From a virus, in the IMG/VR virus record IMGVR_UViG_3300036859_000973, positions 21,102 through 85,101 of that record: DNA of 64,000 nucleotides. The stretch is one strand, 5' to 3'. Below, one piece after another: positions 38,347 through 48,248 of the stretch. Numbering within the stretch: position 1 is the stretch's first letter; each line of letters begins with the position of its first letter. A model generated the notes under the pieces. The model did no database searches. It saw nothing but the letters and a program-made list of their open reading frames with translations, and was not told where the DNA came from. Made by a program: the position numbers and the translations under genes.

Positions 38347-41177
38347 GCGCCCCCCATCAGTCGCTCGGCGACGGCGTCCATGATGTTCGCCTCGATCTCG
38401 CCATCGGCTCCGTCGTGGACGGCGGCGGACTCCTTCTGCTTCTCCACGAGCACGCCCCAGATGTGCTCGTCGATGCTGCCCTCGCCGAGGAAGTACCAGG
38501 ACGTCAGGCCGTGCGGATCGTTCTGGCGCGCGTAGCAGCGCCCCTCGGCTTGGATGAAATGTGCGGTGGGTGTCCACCAGAGCGATAGGGTCGCCATGTG
38601 CGACGCCGCGGTCATCGTGTATTGCTCCCCGCCGGCCAGGAGCGATCCGATGAGCTTGCGGCACGACGGATCAACCTGGAAACGGTCCACGTTCTTCTGC
38701 GCCGCGGCGCCCATGCCGCCGCGCACGATGGCGGAGTCCGGGAACGCCTCGACGAGCTTCGACATCGCATCCTCGTGATGGGCCCAGACGACGATCTTCT
38801 GGTCGCTCGACGGTGGGAAGTTGTCGTTCAACCACTCGATGACGCCGGCGACCTTGCCGATCTCCGTGAGATGGCGCAGCTTGTTCAGGCGCACCAGCTT
38901 CTCGGCGCGCATGGCGCCACTCGGGTCCTTGCCGTGAGCCACGAGCCACTGGACGATGTCCTCCTCGGCGGCGCGGTACTCGGCCTCGTTCGTGAGCGGC
39001 AGCGGGATCACGTTGCGCTGGAGCGGCGGAAGCTCGCCGAAGACCTCCTCCTTCGTGCGCCGCACCATGCACGTTGATCTCAAGCGCATGTGCAGGCCCT
39101 TCAGGTCGCGCACGCCCTTGCCGCCGAGGCGGTCCTGGCGCTGCCGGCCATAGGTGAAGCGGAATTGCGTCGGCCCGCCGAACTCGTTGATCCATCCCAG
39201 TACCGTGAGCGGCACGACGAGATCCTCCGCGGTGTTCACCACGGGGTTCGCCGTCAGGCCGACGCGCAGCGGGACGTCCTGGCTCAACGCGAGCGCGGCC
39301 TCGGCGCGGAGCGTGTTCCTGTTGCGGACCGAGTGGATCTCGTCGAAGACGACGGCGCGCGGCTTCAGCGCGCGGAGCGCGTCGATGTGTTTGTGAAGCA
39401 AATTATACGAGACCAGGTAGCAGTCGGCGCCCGTGGGAATCGTGCCCTTGCCCTCGACCACGACGACGCTGCGGCCGGGCAGCCAAGCCTTCATCCCGAG
39501 CGGATCGTAGCCCATGATGTGGCGCTTCCAGTGCTGCTTGCCGTTGCCGCGCACGACGAAGATCGCCGGCCATGCCCCGAGGGCGTGGGGGATCGCCATG
39601 CCCTGCTGCGTGTTGTGCGTCAAGATGCAGTGCTCAGTCGCATAGAGGGCGTCTGGCGCATCCACGGCGATGCACACGGATTCGGCATCCTCAACGTATT
39701 CGATAGATTGAACAACCCGGCGGGGAGCAGCAGATCTCCCAGGTGAATATCGAGACGCCCTTCGTGGCAGGGTAAATGGTGGAATCTCCGCTGGCAGTCG
39801 GATGCGAACTTGGTAGTCCGTAGGTTTTGATTCGTGTGAGCGATCGTATGCCCGCACGCTGGCTACTCCACCAAGACCCTCGACCAATTCTTGGACGTTT
39901 CCTGCTAGACGGGCGCTGATCGTATGATAATTGATTTTGTTTCCCGTCTTGGAGATACTTCCGTCACCATCCATCAGGCCGTGAAGCAAGGCGATACGAT
40001 CATTTGGCGTGGCTCTCAGATAAGCAATGGGGATGTGTTTCTCTCGGCTTAGAACATCAAGGTCCAGTGATCTAATGGCATTGATGATGCCAGAAAATCC
40101 TGCGCGGATCACATTATCATATTTGTTCTCGCTGCTTGCGACAATTCCCTCCTTCTTGAGCCTAGTCTTGATGAATGACCAATTCCACTTGGCTGTAGAG
40201 AGTTGTGGTGTGCCACTGGCGAGGTGCCCATTTGCAATGAGCTGTCCTAGAAAATATGGTGGGATTGGCAGGTTGCCCCTCTGCTTGTTGAAGATCACCG
40301 GTTTCTTGAGCATTGGCAAATGCAACTGAGTCTTGCTCAAATCGAGCTTTGTGCTCTTACGAGTGCCACTTTTCCACTTCATCTCAAGAATGGGTCGTGT
40401 CCTCATCTGTTCGGTGGTCAGGACGATTTCTTTCCATCTGCGTCCGCCGCAGTGGTATCTCATCGTCCATAGGTGATCTGGGCCGGCTTCGACCGAGGAA
40501 CCGTCGCTGAACTTCACCCGATAGCTAGGTTTTGTTCCCTGTGGGAAGATGGCGAGGACGTTCGCAGGTTTTCCGTTGGAACCAATGACGTTGTCTCCAA
40601 CTTTGAGAGAGCCGATGGTGCGCCATCCGCTCGATGTGAGGACATTTGTATTCGTCCTATGACATTTTCCGAGGCCGGTCTCGTCACCGATCAGGACGCC
40701 GATCGTCTTCTTCTCCGGCAGCTTCACAGGATCAACGACGTCGCCGCCAACCTCGTGGCCGGCGAGTCGCATAGCGAAGGCTACGCTCGCAGCTTGGTAC
40801 GGCCGCAGGTCCATCCGCATCCCAGACACCTGGAAGTGCGCCTCGGGCAGCGCGCTGGCGGTCCGCGTCGCCTCGGCGCGCTTGAGCACACCATCCGCAA
40901 GCTCGCGCGCCTCGTCGCCCCAGCGGTACGCGAACTTCTGGGTGAACTTGATGAGTTCGAGCACCTCGCTGAAGCTGGCGCCGACGAGCCATGTCTTCGA
41001 CTCATTGTCCCACGCCGGGCGCGGCCTGGGCCAGACGCGCACGGCCTCCGCGAAGGCGATGTCGTACTCGCCCTCGATGGCAAAGCCTTCGCCGCGGCGG
41101 TGGATCGTGCCGGTGCCGAACTTCCGCGTGGCGGTCGGGACGACGCCACCTTTCGGCTTCAGGTTGTAGAGGCCCAT
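38343..41177 (-). CDS. SNF2-family (HARP-like) helicase containing an intein
   Basis: DETGLGK|T, DEIH, LTANP, MVRRTKEEV, QAEGRCYAR.N. Confidence 0.9.
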   Translation of the reverse strand: MGLYNLKPKGGVVPTATRKFGTGTIHRRGEGFAIEGEYDIAFAEAVRVWPRPRPAWDNESKTWLVGASFSEVLELIKFTQKFAYRWGDEARELADGVLKRAEATRTASALPEAHFQVSGMRMDLRPYQAASVAFAMRLAGHEVGGDVVDPVKLPEKKTIGVLIGDETGLGKCHRTNTNVLTSSGWRTIGSLKVGDNVIGSNGKPANVLAIFPQGTKPSYRVKFSDGSSVEAGPDHLWTMRYHCGGRRWKEIVLTTEQMRTRPILEMKWKSGTRKSTKLDLSKTQLHLPMLKKPVIFNKQRGNLPIPPYFLGQLIANGHLASGTPQLSTAKWNWSFIKTRLKKEGIVASSENKYDNVIRAGFSGIINAIRSLDLDVLSREKHIPIAYLRATPNDRIALLHGLMDGDGSISKTGNKINYHTISARLAGNVQELVEGLGGVASVRAYDRSHESKPTDYQVRIRLPAEIPPFTLPRRASRYSPGRSAAPRRVVQSIEYVEDAESVCIAVDAPDALYATEHCILTHNTQQGMAIPHALGAWPAIFVVRGNGKQHWKRHIMGYDPLGMKAWLPGRSVVVVEGKGTIPTGADCYLVSYNLLHKHIDALRALKPRAVVFDEIHSVRNRNTLRAEAALALSQDVPLRVGLTANPVVNTAEDLVVPLTVLGWINEFGGPTQFRFTYGRQRQDRLGGKGVRDLKGLHMRLRSTCMVRRTKEEVFGELPPLQRNVIPLPLTNEAEYRAAEEDIVQWLVAHGKDPSGAMRAEKLVRLNKLRHLTEIGKVAGVIEWLNDNFPPSSDQKIVVWAHHEDAMSKLVEAFPDSAIVRGGMGAAAQKNVDRFQVDPSCRKLIGSLLAGGEQYTMTAASHMATLSLWWTPTAHFIQAEGRCYARQNDPHGLTSWYFLGEGSIDEHIWGVLVEKQKESAAVHDGADGEIEANIMDAVAERLMGGA
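39612..40664 (-). mobile_element. Intein (351 aa) in Walker A, with LAGLIDADG domain
   Basis: GK|CHRTNTNVLT..GW...DHLW...LHGLMDGDG...VCIAV...ILTHN|T; low GC. Confidence 0.93.
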
Positions 41178-41178
41178 G

Positions 41179-41604
41179 TCAATACACGATCAGCTTGAGT
41201 TCGCCTGCCGACGTCGCGCGTGCGTGGATCTCCGAGCCGCACGGAGCGTCGATGCTGCGGAAGTCCATCGCCTCGCCGCGGCGGTCGTAGAGCATCCCGC
41301 CGAAGGAGACCATGCTGCCGTCGCAGCGCACCGTGCTCTCGACGTAGGTCCCCCAACCAGCCTCGACGTCGGCGACTCTGCCGCCCAGCTTCTCGTCGTT
41401 GCTGTTGAAGGTCGCCACGGAGAACTTCACGCGGCTGTCGTAGTCGTTGTAGAACGTGACATCCACCGTCGTCGGCCCCGCTGGCGGTGGTGGCGGCGGT
41501 GACGCCGGCGCCGGTGCCACGGACGGGCCCGGCGCAGCGTGCTGCTTTGGCACGACGCATCCGGCCATGACGATGGCCAGCGCCAGCACCACGAAGAGCT
41601 TCAT
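41179..41604 (-). CDS. Putative lipoprotein
   Basis: MKLFVVLALAIVMAGC lipobox, Pro-rich linker, beta domain. Confidence 0.75.
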   Translation of the reverse strand: MKLFVVLALAIVMAGCVVPKQHAAPGPSVAPAPASPPPPPPAGPTTVDVTFYNDYDSRVKFSVATFNSNDEKLGGRVADVEAGWGTYVESTVRCDGSMVSFGGMLYDRRGEAMDFRSIDAPCGSEIHARATSAGELKLIVY

Positions 41605-42134
41605 GCTGGCTCCTGCGCCGTCACGGGACGGCAGACGTTGGAGGAGTGCTCGGTCACGCAGTCGATCTCGAAGAGTGCGCCCCACGCGCGCAGCAGCCGC
41701 TCAAGCTCGCCGCGGCGGCGTAGGTGCTCCGCCACGCCGAGCCGCGTCGGCGTCCGGATCTCGGCGTGGTTCGCCCACAGCCAGAAGCACCCGAGGTCGA
41801 GGAACGGGCCGGAGAGGTCCTTGACCATGTGCTGCTTGGCCTCGGCGCGTTCCAATGCCTGGAGCGCCTTCACGAAGTCCGGGTCCGGCACCTTCTTGGT
41901 CCGCAACTCGATGCGGGCTGGCGCCGAGTTGTCCTCGACCTCGACGGTGCCGCCGATGGCGCGGATCGCCTCGACGAGATCGGCCATGTAGGCGCCGCCG
42001 ATCCGGATGCGCTTGCCGCCGTGGAGGAGCCAGTACCTCGTGTCGGGCTCGATGGGTTCTTCCTCGACGTCCATGCCGACGACCGTCGGCGGCATGATCG
42101 AGTACCTCGCCACCAAAGCTTGCTCTTTCGTCAT
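41601..42134 (-). CDS. Hypothetical protein
   Basis: AGGTGA RBS; ATGA coupling. Confidence 0.65.
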   Translation of the reverse strand: MTKEQALVARYSIMPPTVVGMDVEEEPIEPDTRYWLLHGGKRIRIGGAYMADLVEAIRAIGGTVEVEDNSAPARIELRTKKVPDPDFVKALQALERAEAKQHMVKDLSGPFLDLGCFWLWANHAEIRTPTRLGVAEHLRRRGELERLLRAWGALFEIDCVTEHSSNVCRPVTAQEPA

Positions 42135-42336
42135 GGGTTCACCTTGCTGTGCTTGCTGCATGTCCTGAAGTAGTATCCTTGCCCGTTGGGGGGCAGCACC
42201 TCAAGCGTGCACTCGGGACAGAGGGCGCAGTCCTCGGCCTCTCGCCGCTCGCCGCGCCACGTCGCCTTGGCCTGCTCGATGTCGGCCTGCTCCTGCTCGC
42301 GCGCGCGGAGCCAGAAACTCCAACGGCGCCAGAAGC

Positions 42337-43257
42337 TCATGCGGCCTTCCTCCGGCGGCGCGGCGAGGGCTTCTTCCCCTGGCGGGCCATCTCCTTGGCG
42401 CACTCGCCCTCGTCGTCGCGGTAGTCGGCCTTGTGGCTTTCCATCTCCCTCGCGAAGTCCACCTTGTCGTCGGGATCGCCGAGGTCCATGCCGCAGTCCG
42501 GGCAGCCCGGCCGCGGCGGGATCGGGGCCACATCCCACGCGCCGGTGGCCAGCGACTCAAGCATCTTCGGGAAGGCACGGGTGCCGTAGGTCAGCATGTA
42601 CGAACCCCATGCCGCGTTCAGATCGCGCAGCCGGCGCTGGATCGCGCGGACGGCCTCGACGTTCTCGATCGTGGCCGGCAGCACGAGGGTCGTCCGGACG
42701 CTCATGCCCTTGCGTCGCGCCTCGCGCTCCTCGCGCGACTCGTGGGTGGAGTCCTTGGCCCAGCGGTCGTTGCTGACGTGTCTCCCGGTGCGCTCCCAGC
42801 GGCCCGTCCATGGGCGATCGAGCGGGTCCATCCCCTCCTTGTCGGCCGCAGCCAGCGCTTCGGCGATGGACTCGGGTGGCTCCTCCTCGCCGAAGCGAAG
42901 CTCCATGTTCTGGCTCAGCTTGGTGTCGCCACGCGAGGCCCGGGCCTCGAAGCTGACGTTGAGCACGAGTTCAGGGTTCGGGAAGTCTGAGCGCGACCAC
43001 CGTTCGCCGACCTGGACGATCATCCACGGGGACCACTCGACGACGGCCCACCCCTCCAGGTGCGTGCGCGCCCTCTTCTCCAATTCCGGAAGGGCGGGCC
43101 CCTGGATCTTGAGTTCGGACTCCTCGTGGACGATGCCGAACCTGACGGCGCCCTCGCTGTCCCGCATCATGCGGACGTCCAGCGTGTACCGCTTCCCGTT
43201 CACGTTCATCTCGATCTCGTCGATCTTCTTGCCATCCGCCCTCGTGCGCGACCTCAT
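42337..43257 (-). CDS. Hypothetical protein with CPDCG motif
   Basis: ATGA coupling at both ends. Confidence 0.7.
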   Translation of the reverse strand: MRSRTRADGKKIDEIEMNVNGKRYTLDVRMMRDSEGAVRFGIVHEESELKIQGPALPELEKRARTHLEGWAVVEWSPWMIVQVGERWSRSDFPNPELVLNVSFEARASRGDTKLSQNMELRFGEEEPPESIAEALAAADKEGMDPLDRPWTGRWERTGRHVSNDRWAKDSTHESREEREARRKGMSVRTTLVLPATIENVEAVRAIQRRLRDLNAAWGSYMLTYGTRAFPKMLESLATGAWDVAPIPPRPGCPDCGMDLGDPDDKVDFAREMESHKADYRDDEGECAKEMARQGKKPSPRRRRKAA

Positions 43258-43712
43258 GCGTTCCGCCTCTCGTGCTCCCCTTCGATCCAGGCCTCGGCGC
43301 TGTTCCGCAGATCGCGCTCGTGCTCGGCTTGCCGCGCCTCCTCCTCGCGCTCCGCGGCCTCGCGTTCGGCGTCGGAGGCGCCGGCAGCGGCCTCGGTCTC
43401 GGCACGCGCCTGCTCGATCCTCTCCATCGCGGCCTCGACGGCGGGCCAGTCCGTCTCCGGCACCATCGCCGGCCACGGCTGGCCACCGGGCTTCATCCCC
43501 ATGTCGCGGCGGGAGAACCCATCCACCGTCAGGATGGGCACGCCCCACCAGCGGATCGAGAGTCCGAAGCTCGGGCCCTCGGCCGTCAAGGCGTTGTACC
43601 AGCCGACGATCTGGCCGCGCGTGCCGACCGGCACGTCGGCATAGGCGACGGTGTTCCGCCACCACGTTCCGGCCAGCGCCTCCGCCTCTTCCCTCGTGTA
43701 GTATTCTGTCAT
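43254..43712 (-). CDS. Hypothetical protein
   Basis: ATGA coupling; coiled-coil C-terminus. Confidence 0.65.
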   Translation of the reverse strand: MTEYYTREEAEALAGTWWRNTVAYADVPVGTRGQIVGWYNALTAEGPSFGLSIRWWGVPILTVDGFSRRDMGMKPGGQPWPAMVPETDWPAVEAAMERIEQARAETEAAAGASDAEREAAEREEEARQAEHERDLRNSAEAWIEGEHERRNA

Positions 43713-44101
43713 GGCCCAACCCCCAACGGGTCCTTGGCGCCCGCGTGCGCGAAGATCACGTCGCGCGGGTGCGTCACGGGCTTCTCCGAGTCCTTTGAGC
43801 AAAGCGTACAGACGTACTCGCCGCAGCACGCGCAGCGTGGCATCCCCTCGGCGTCGGACCACTGCCAGCCCGCCATGCCGTAGGAGCGTAGCTCCAGCAG
43901 CAGGCCGCGGCGCAGGCCTTCCTCCAGCAGCAGCGCGATGGCGTCGCCGTTCATGCGGGTCCCGACGAGGTAGTCACCACTGCCTTTCTGCTCGGCAAGG
44001 ATCTGCTCGGCGAAGGTGCTAGACATCAGGCGATGGAGCGTCTCGGCGGAGGGAAACCTGTTCAGCGTGATTCCGATGCTGGGTCGCAGCGTGCGGCTCA
44101 T
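43709..44101 (-). CDS. Cys-rich hypothetical protein
   Basis: AGGTGA RBS; CACCGEYVCTLC. Confidence 0.6.
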   Translation of the reverse strand: MSRTLRPSIGITLNRFPSAETLHRLMSSTFAEQILAEQKGSGDYLVGTRMNGDAIALLLEEGLRRGLLLELRSYGMAGWQWSDAEGMPRCACCGEYVCTLCSKDSEKPVTHPRDVIFAHAGAKDPLGVGP

Positions 44102-44269
44102 CGGGACTTCACCTTCTCCGAGGCGTTGATGTGGTAGTCGATCTTGCCGTCTCCGCGTACATGGACGACGATTCCCTCGACCTTCATGCCGTGCTCGTCG
44201 TAGAACGCGGTGAGCTTCTGCTCGAACGTCCGGCCCGTGGCACGGACCGGCGGCGGGTCGCCACTGATC

Positions 44270-44602
44270 TTAACCATACGGCTTCACCTCCGCGGTCTCC
44301 TGGCACTCCGGGTGCATGTCCGAATGATAGTCCTGCACGTCGCCCGCGTCCTCGTCGCCGAAGGCCTCGTCCGAGAACCCGCACGCCTCGCACGACACCG
44401 ACAGCGCCGGAAGCTGCTTGCCGCTCCCGCGGCAGCGCACCTTCTTCGTGGCGAACACGAACGGTCCGACGGTCTCGATCACGACGTCGCGCTCATGCGG
44501 CATGATCTTCCCGTCGGTCGAGACGTCGATCGCGTCGGTCTCCTGACCGCACGTCGGGCACTTCGCGCGGATCGTGCGGTGCTCGATGCGGAGCGCGTCC
44601 AT
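44270..44602 (-). CDS. Zinc-finger hypothetical protein
   Basis: CPTCG...H...CRGSG, CEACG...H...HPEC. Confidence 0.65.
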   Translation of the reverse strand: MDALRIEHRTIRAKCPTCGQETDAIDVSTDGKIMPHERDVVIETVGPFVFATKKVRCRGSGKQLPALSVSCEACGFSDEAFGDEDAGDVQDYHSDMHPECQETAEVKPYG

Positions 44603-45598
44603 CGTCACGCCCTCCCGACGCCGAGCGGGCGGCTTGGGTCCTGGGTCACGATGGCGACGAACATCCCGCGGCAGCCGAAGCAGATGTGTTCCCCGGGCCG
44701 GAGCCTCATGCCCGTCGCCGGGCGGACGCGGTTCGAGCCACACATCGGGCAGAACGCGACGACGGTCACAGCTAGCCACCCCACTGTCGCCGTGCGGCCT
44801 CGCGCGTGGCCCTCCGAACCGCCGGGCTGTGCGGGTCCACGGCATCGGGCCCGAAGCGGACCTTATGATCGTCGGCGTGCTCGCTGCACAGCTTGAAGGC
44901 GGGCCACGGCGGGCCGGCTCCGGCCAGGGCGGGCGCGTGATAGGGATTCCCGTCGGCCTCGCGCTCGCAGCCTGGAACCTGGCAGCGCTGCACTCAGAGC
45001 CCCCCGAGCGTGATCATCTTCCCGCCGGCGGCGCAGCCGGGGCAGCGTCCGCCGGCCCAGAGGTGGGTCGCGTGCGCATCCGTCCGAGCGCACGGTCCGT
45101 AGCCTGTCCCGATGCCTTTGCGCTTGCGGCGGCGCTCCAGCGCGCTCTCGCGGGCGAGCACGGCCCCGCGGAGGATGCCGATACCCACCTTCTCGGCGGC
45201 CTCGACCTCGCGCATGGCCCACTCCACGTCGCCATGGGGATGCTCGCCGGGCGAGGCTAGCTCCAGGTACTCCAAGCACGCGCGGCGCAGGCGGCGTAGT
45301 AGCTCGCGGCGTTCGCGGTCAGTCATTCGTCCGCCTCCCGCGGGGTGCAGCGTGCGCAGGCCTGGCTCATGTCGGTCAGGTCGCTCCCGCTCCAGTCCTC
45401 TTGCGTCGGCTCGCCGTCGCGACCGAGATCGCGGATCGTCCACGTCCCGCTGTAGAAGCGTCCGTGCTCGCAGCGGCCGGTGTGCTTGATGCTCCACGCG
45501 CGCGGCCCGAGATCGGGCCGTTGTCGTGGTGCGGCGTCGTCACCCTGAGGCTTCCATGGCATGTCGCGTTTCCCTCTGCCGGATCGCTCACCGGCAAG

Positions 45599-45673
45599 GT
45601 ACATACGTTGTCCAACAGCATCTAACCTTCTGACATTGAGTTGTGCATCAATGCACACATACGTTGTATGTAG
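45599..45673. promoter_or_regulatory. Two copies of the palindromic site family
   Basis: GTACATAC-GTT-GTCCAACA (45599-45617) and ACACATAC-GTT-GTATGTAG (45655-45673). Confidence 0.7.
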
Positions 45674-45754
45674 GAGAGCCAGGCGGCGGGTGGGGAGGGA
45701 AACGCGCTGCATTAACGCGAGAGTCCCACCCGCCGTTCCTGGGGTCATTTGGAA

Positions 45755-45910
45755 TCATCCTCTCATGGCGAGGCGCGCGCCGTGGACGGCGCGGAGTCCA
45801 TCCACCTTCAGCTTGCCACCGCTCGGACCGATGCACGGCTCATCCGGCGCCGCGTCGCAAAAGGAGCAGCGGTAACGTTGGAGATCGTGGAGCGTCGCGC
45901 GGGTGCTCAT
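45755..45910 (-). CDS. Phage zinc-finger micro-protein
   Basis: CSFCDAAPDEPC...HGAR. Confidence 0.6.
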   Translation of the reverse strand: MSTRATLHDLQRYRCSFCDAAPDEPCIGPSGGKLKVDGLRAVHGARLAMRG

Positions 45911-46251
45911 GCGCCCTCCGGCTCGATCTGCACACCCAGCTTCGCAAGCTCGCGCTCGGCGACGCGCGCGACGTCCTTGCATCTGCGAAGCTCCTTCTCT
46001 GCCGTGAGGACGTCCTCCTGGGCGCTCTTGTAGAAGGCGAGCCAGGCATCGAGCGGCGTCTCCCGGAGGTAGCCGACCCTGACCTTGCGGGCGTGGCCAG
46101 TCGCCTCTGGCCGCCCCCGATTGTCGCTCTCGTCCACCCACAGGTCGCCGCTCGGCGTCTGCTTCGCGATCAGCACGGAGAACAGCTTGGGATGGTCGCC
46201 GTAGCGACTGGACACGACGTACATGGTCCGCGGGAACGACGACGGCTCCAT
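45907..46251 (-). CDS. Hypothetical protein
   Basis: GGTGA RBS; ATGA coupling. Confidence 0.65.
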   Translation of the reverse strand: MEPSSFPRTMYVVSSRYGDHPKLFSVLIAKQTPSGDLWVDESDNRGRPEATGHARKVRVGYLRETPLDAWLAFYKSAQEDVLTAEKELRRCKDVARVAERELAKLGVQIEPEGA

Positions 46252-46256
46252 CTAGC

Positions 46257-46799
46257 TCACCACCCCGCCGCGGCTTCGCGTAGCTTGGCCAGGCCAGCGT
46301 CGCCGAGCCCGGCGCGGAGCTTGAGGGCAAGCTCCAGGCAGGTCCGATAGATGGCCTCGCCCTTGCGGCTGTCGGGATCGAAGCCGAGGTCGGCAGCCCA
46401 CTCCTCGAAGGTCGCGCAGTCCAGCACGCTCGCGTCCATGGCCAGCGACGAGAGCACGTCCAGCGGATCGGGCTTGAGCGGGCGCGTCTTGACGAAGTTG
46501 CCCATGCCACGCCACGCGAAGCCTGTTTCGCACTCCTGCTTGATGGCCTCGTGTCGGTCCACGGAGTTGGAGGCTCCAAGGCTTGGGTCCTTGTAGCTCG
46601 GCGCGTGGCCACAGCCGGCGGAGAAGTCCGTGGCCAGCACCAAGCGCCCTTCGCGCAGCACGCTCACGCGCCAGTTGAGCGACGGGTCCTTCTCGCCCGC
46701 GTTGCGCGAGCGCGACCACGGGACGAAGTCCGCCTCAACGGTCAGCCCTAGCTCGGCGACCACGGCGCGGAAGGCCTCGGCCTCGGAGCGTTCGGTCAC
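46257..46799 (-). CDS. Phage early-region hypothetical protein
   Basis: PDPLDVLSSLAMDA...TFEEWAADLGFDPDSRKG..IY..C motif, recalled from uncharacterised phage proteins. Confidence 0.7.
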   Translation of the reverse strand: MTERSEAEAFRAVVAELGLTVEADFVPWSRSRNAGEKDPSLNWRVSVLREGRLVLATDFSAGCGHAPSYKDPSLGASNSVDRHEAIKQECETGFAWRGMGNFVKTRPLKPDPLDVLSSLAMDASVLDCATFEEWAADLGFDPDSRKGEAIYRTCLELALKLRAGLGDAGLAKLREAAAGW

Positions 46800-47071
46800 A
46801 CTTTCACCCCGGCATCATTCAGCGCGGCCTCGGCGTTGCGAAGGTCCGGACCTGAATCTTGTCCTGCGAAGTTATCCTCGCACCATTGGACAAGCTCGGC
46901 CAGCGCATCGCGCAGCGCGGGCGCGGCAGCGATGAGGCGAGCGTTGGCTTCGGCTTCAGGACGCTCCGAGTAAGCCAGGGCTAGTGGTTCGTCGTCGGGG
47001 CCGACCACCTCGCAAACGTCCGGGTTCTGTTCGTTGATGCTCCACGGTCCCGGCGTCGGCTGCGCGCTCAC
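46796..47071 (-). CDS. Phage hypothetical protein (TPGPW...ANARLIAAAP family)
   Basis: Both motifs present; GTGA coupling. Confidence 0.7.
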   Translation of the reverse strand: MSAQPTPGPWSINEQNPDVCEVVGPDDEPLALAYSERPEAEANARLIAAAPALRDALAELVQWCEDNFAGQDSGPDLRNAEAALNDAGVKV

Positions 47072-47169
47072 CGCGACCGCCCCCAGGTGCAGCCCTTCGG
47101 CGCCGCATAGGCGCCGGGCTCCTCGATCTTCACGGCTTGGACCGTCCAGAGGCAGAGCTTCAGCATGGC

Positions 47170-47802
47170 TCACGCCTCCTTGTCGTCGGCCTGGGCCTTC
47201 GCCTCGATGGCCTCGGCCACGGCCAGCAGCGCGACCACGGTGCGGGCGCGGTCCTCGCGCCAGCCGCTCCCGGTACCGGGTTGGCCCAGGCCATTCCGTG
47301 CGTCCTCGAAGGCGCGCACCACGTCCTCCGCGTACGAGTGCAGCCGGTCCACAGTGTCGCGCCTGGCGCCCGCCAGGAGCATGGCCCGGCCCTCGGGCGA
47401 CGCGGCCCACCTGTTGACGGCGTTCTCCAGCGTCGGCCGCACGGCCTCCTGCGCCGCGTGCGTGCCGTTCTTGAGCCAGTCCAGGCCCTGCACCGTCCAC
47501 CATCCCGGCTCCGCCTTGATGGCCTCGGGCCCGGGCAGCTTGAGGAACCCGAACAGGCGACACTCCTTGCCGCGCACGATCCACGGCGCGGTGGTGGCCT
47601 TCTGCGCTTCCGTCGGGTTGTAGCTCGGCACGTCGGCGCACGAAACCCCGATGAAGCCGCCCGTTACCCACAGCCGCAGCGCGGGCTGCTTGGTCGCGAG
47701 GTTCGCAGGCAGCACGGCCTCCGGCATGTCGGGCACTTCGATGCGCGCCAGCTTGCGCGCGTCGGCTTCCAGTTGCTCCAGCATCTTGAGACGGTCGCTC
47801 AT
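47170..47802 (-). CDS. Hypothetical protein
   Basis: Preceded by GAGGGAAACGC leader and TATA/palindrome. Confidence 0.7.
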   Translation of the reverse strand: MSDRLKMLEQLEADARKLARIEVPDMPEAVLPANLATKQPALRLWVTGGFIGVSCADVPSYNPTEAQKATTAPWIVRGKECRLFGFLKLPGPEAIKAEPGWWTVQGLDWLKNGTHAAQEAVRPTLENAVNRWAASPEGRAMLLAGARRDTVDRLHSYAEDVVRAFEDARNGLGQPGTGSGWREDRARTVVALLAVAEAIEAKAQADDKEA

Positions 47803-47866
47803 GCGTTTCCCTCATGCCCCGGTTCCGGCGGGGCGTCCGCGCGGATCGGCTCCGCGTGGCCCTTGA

Positions 47867-47896
47867 GACTACATACACCGTATGTAGTCATAAAGG
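47867..47896 (-). promoter_or_regulatory. TATA box plus perfect 10-3-10 palindrome
   Basis: Minus strand CCTTTAT-GACTACATAC-GGT-GTATGTAGTC. Confidence 0.8.
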
Positions 47897-47909
47897 TTTG
47901 CAGCAAGGC

Positions 47910-48248
47910 CTATCGCCCCCATGGCGATGGCCGCGGCGGGGGCGGTGGCTCCGCGGTGGCGTTGCCGCTGCCGCTGACGGCGACGGGCGGAGCCGCGGCC
48001 TCGGGGCAGCCCGGAGCCCGCGCGAGCGCCGGCACCCATCGGACTTGCCATTCGCCCGTCGTCTGGTTATAGTCGTAATGATCCTCCACCATCGGGCAAC
48101 GCGGCCCGCCCATCAGCGGCAGCGCCACGCGGTTGGCGCCGACGTTGGCGCCGAGGGCGCCGTCTGCGCCGGTGAAGTCCAGCGTCACCCACGCGAAGGT
48201 GACGGTCCAGCCGACGATAAGCAGGGTCGCGATGATCGGGCTGCTCAT
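47910..48248 (-). CDS. Small membrane/secreted protein
   Basis: N-terminal hydrophobic helix; Pro-rich tail. Confidence 0.55.
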   Translation of the reverse strand: MSSPIIATLLIVGWTVTFAWVTLDFTGADGALGANVGANRVALPLMGGPRCPMVEDHYDYNQTTGEWQVRWVPALARAPGCPEAAAPPVAVSGSGNATAEPPPPPRPSPWGR

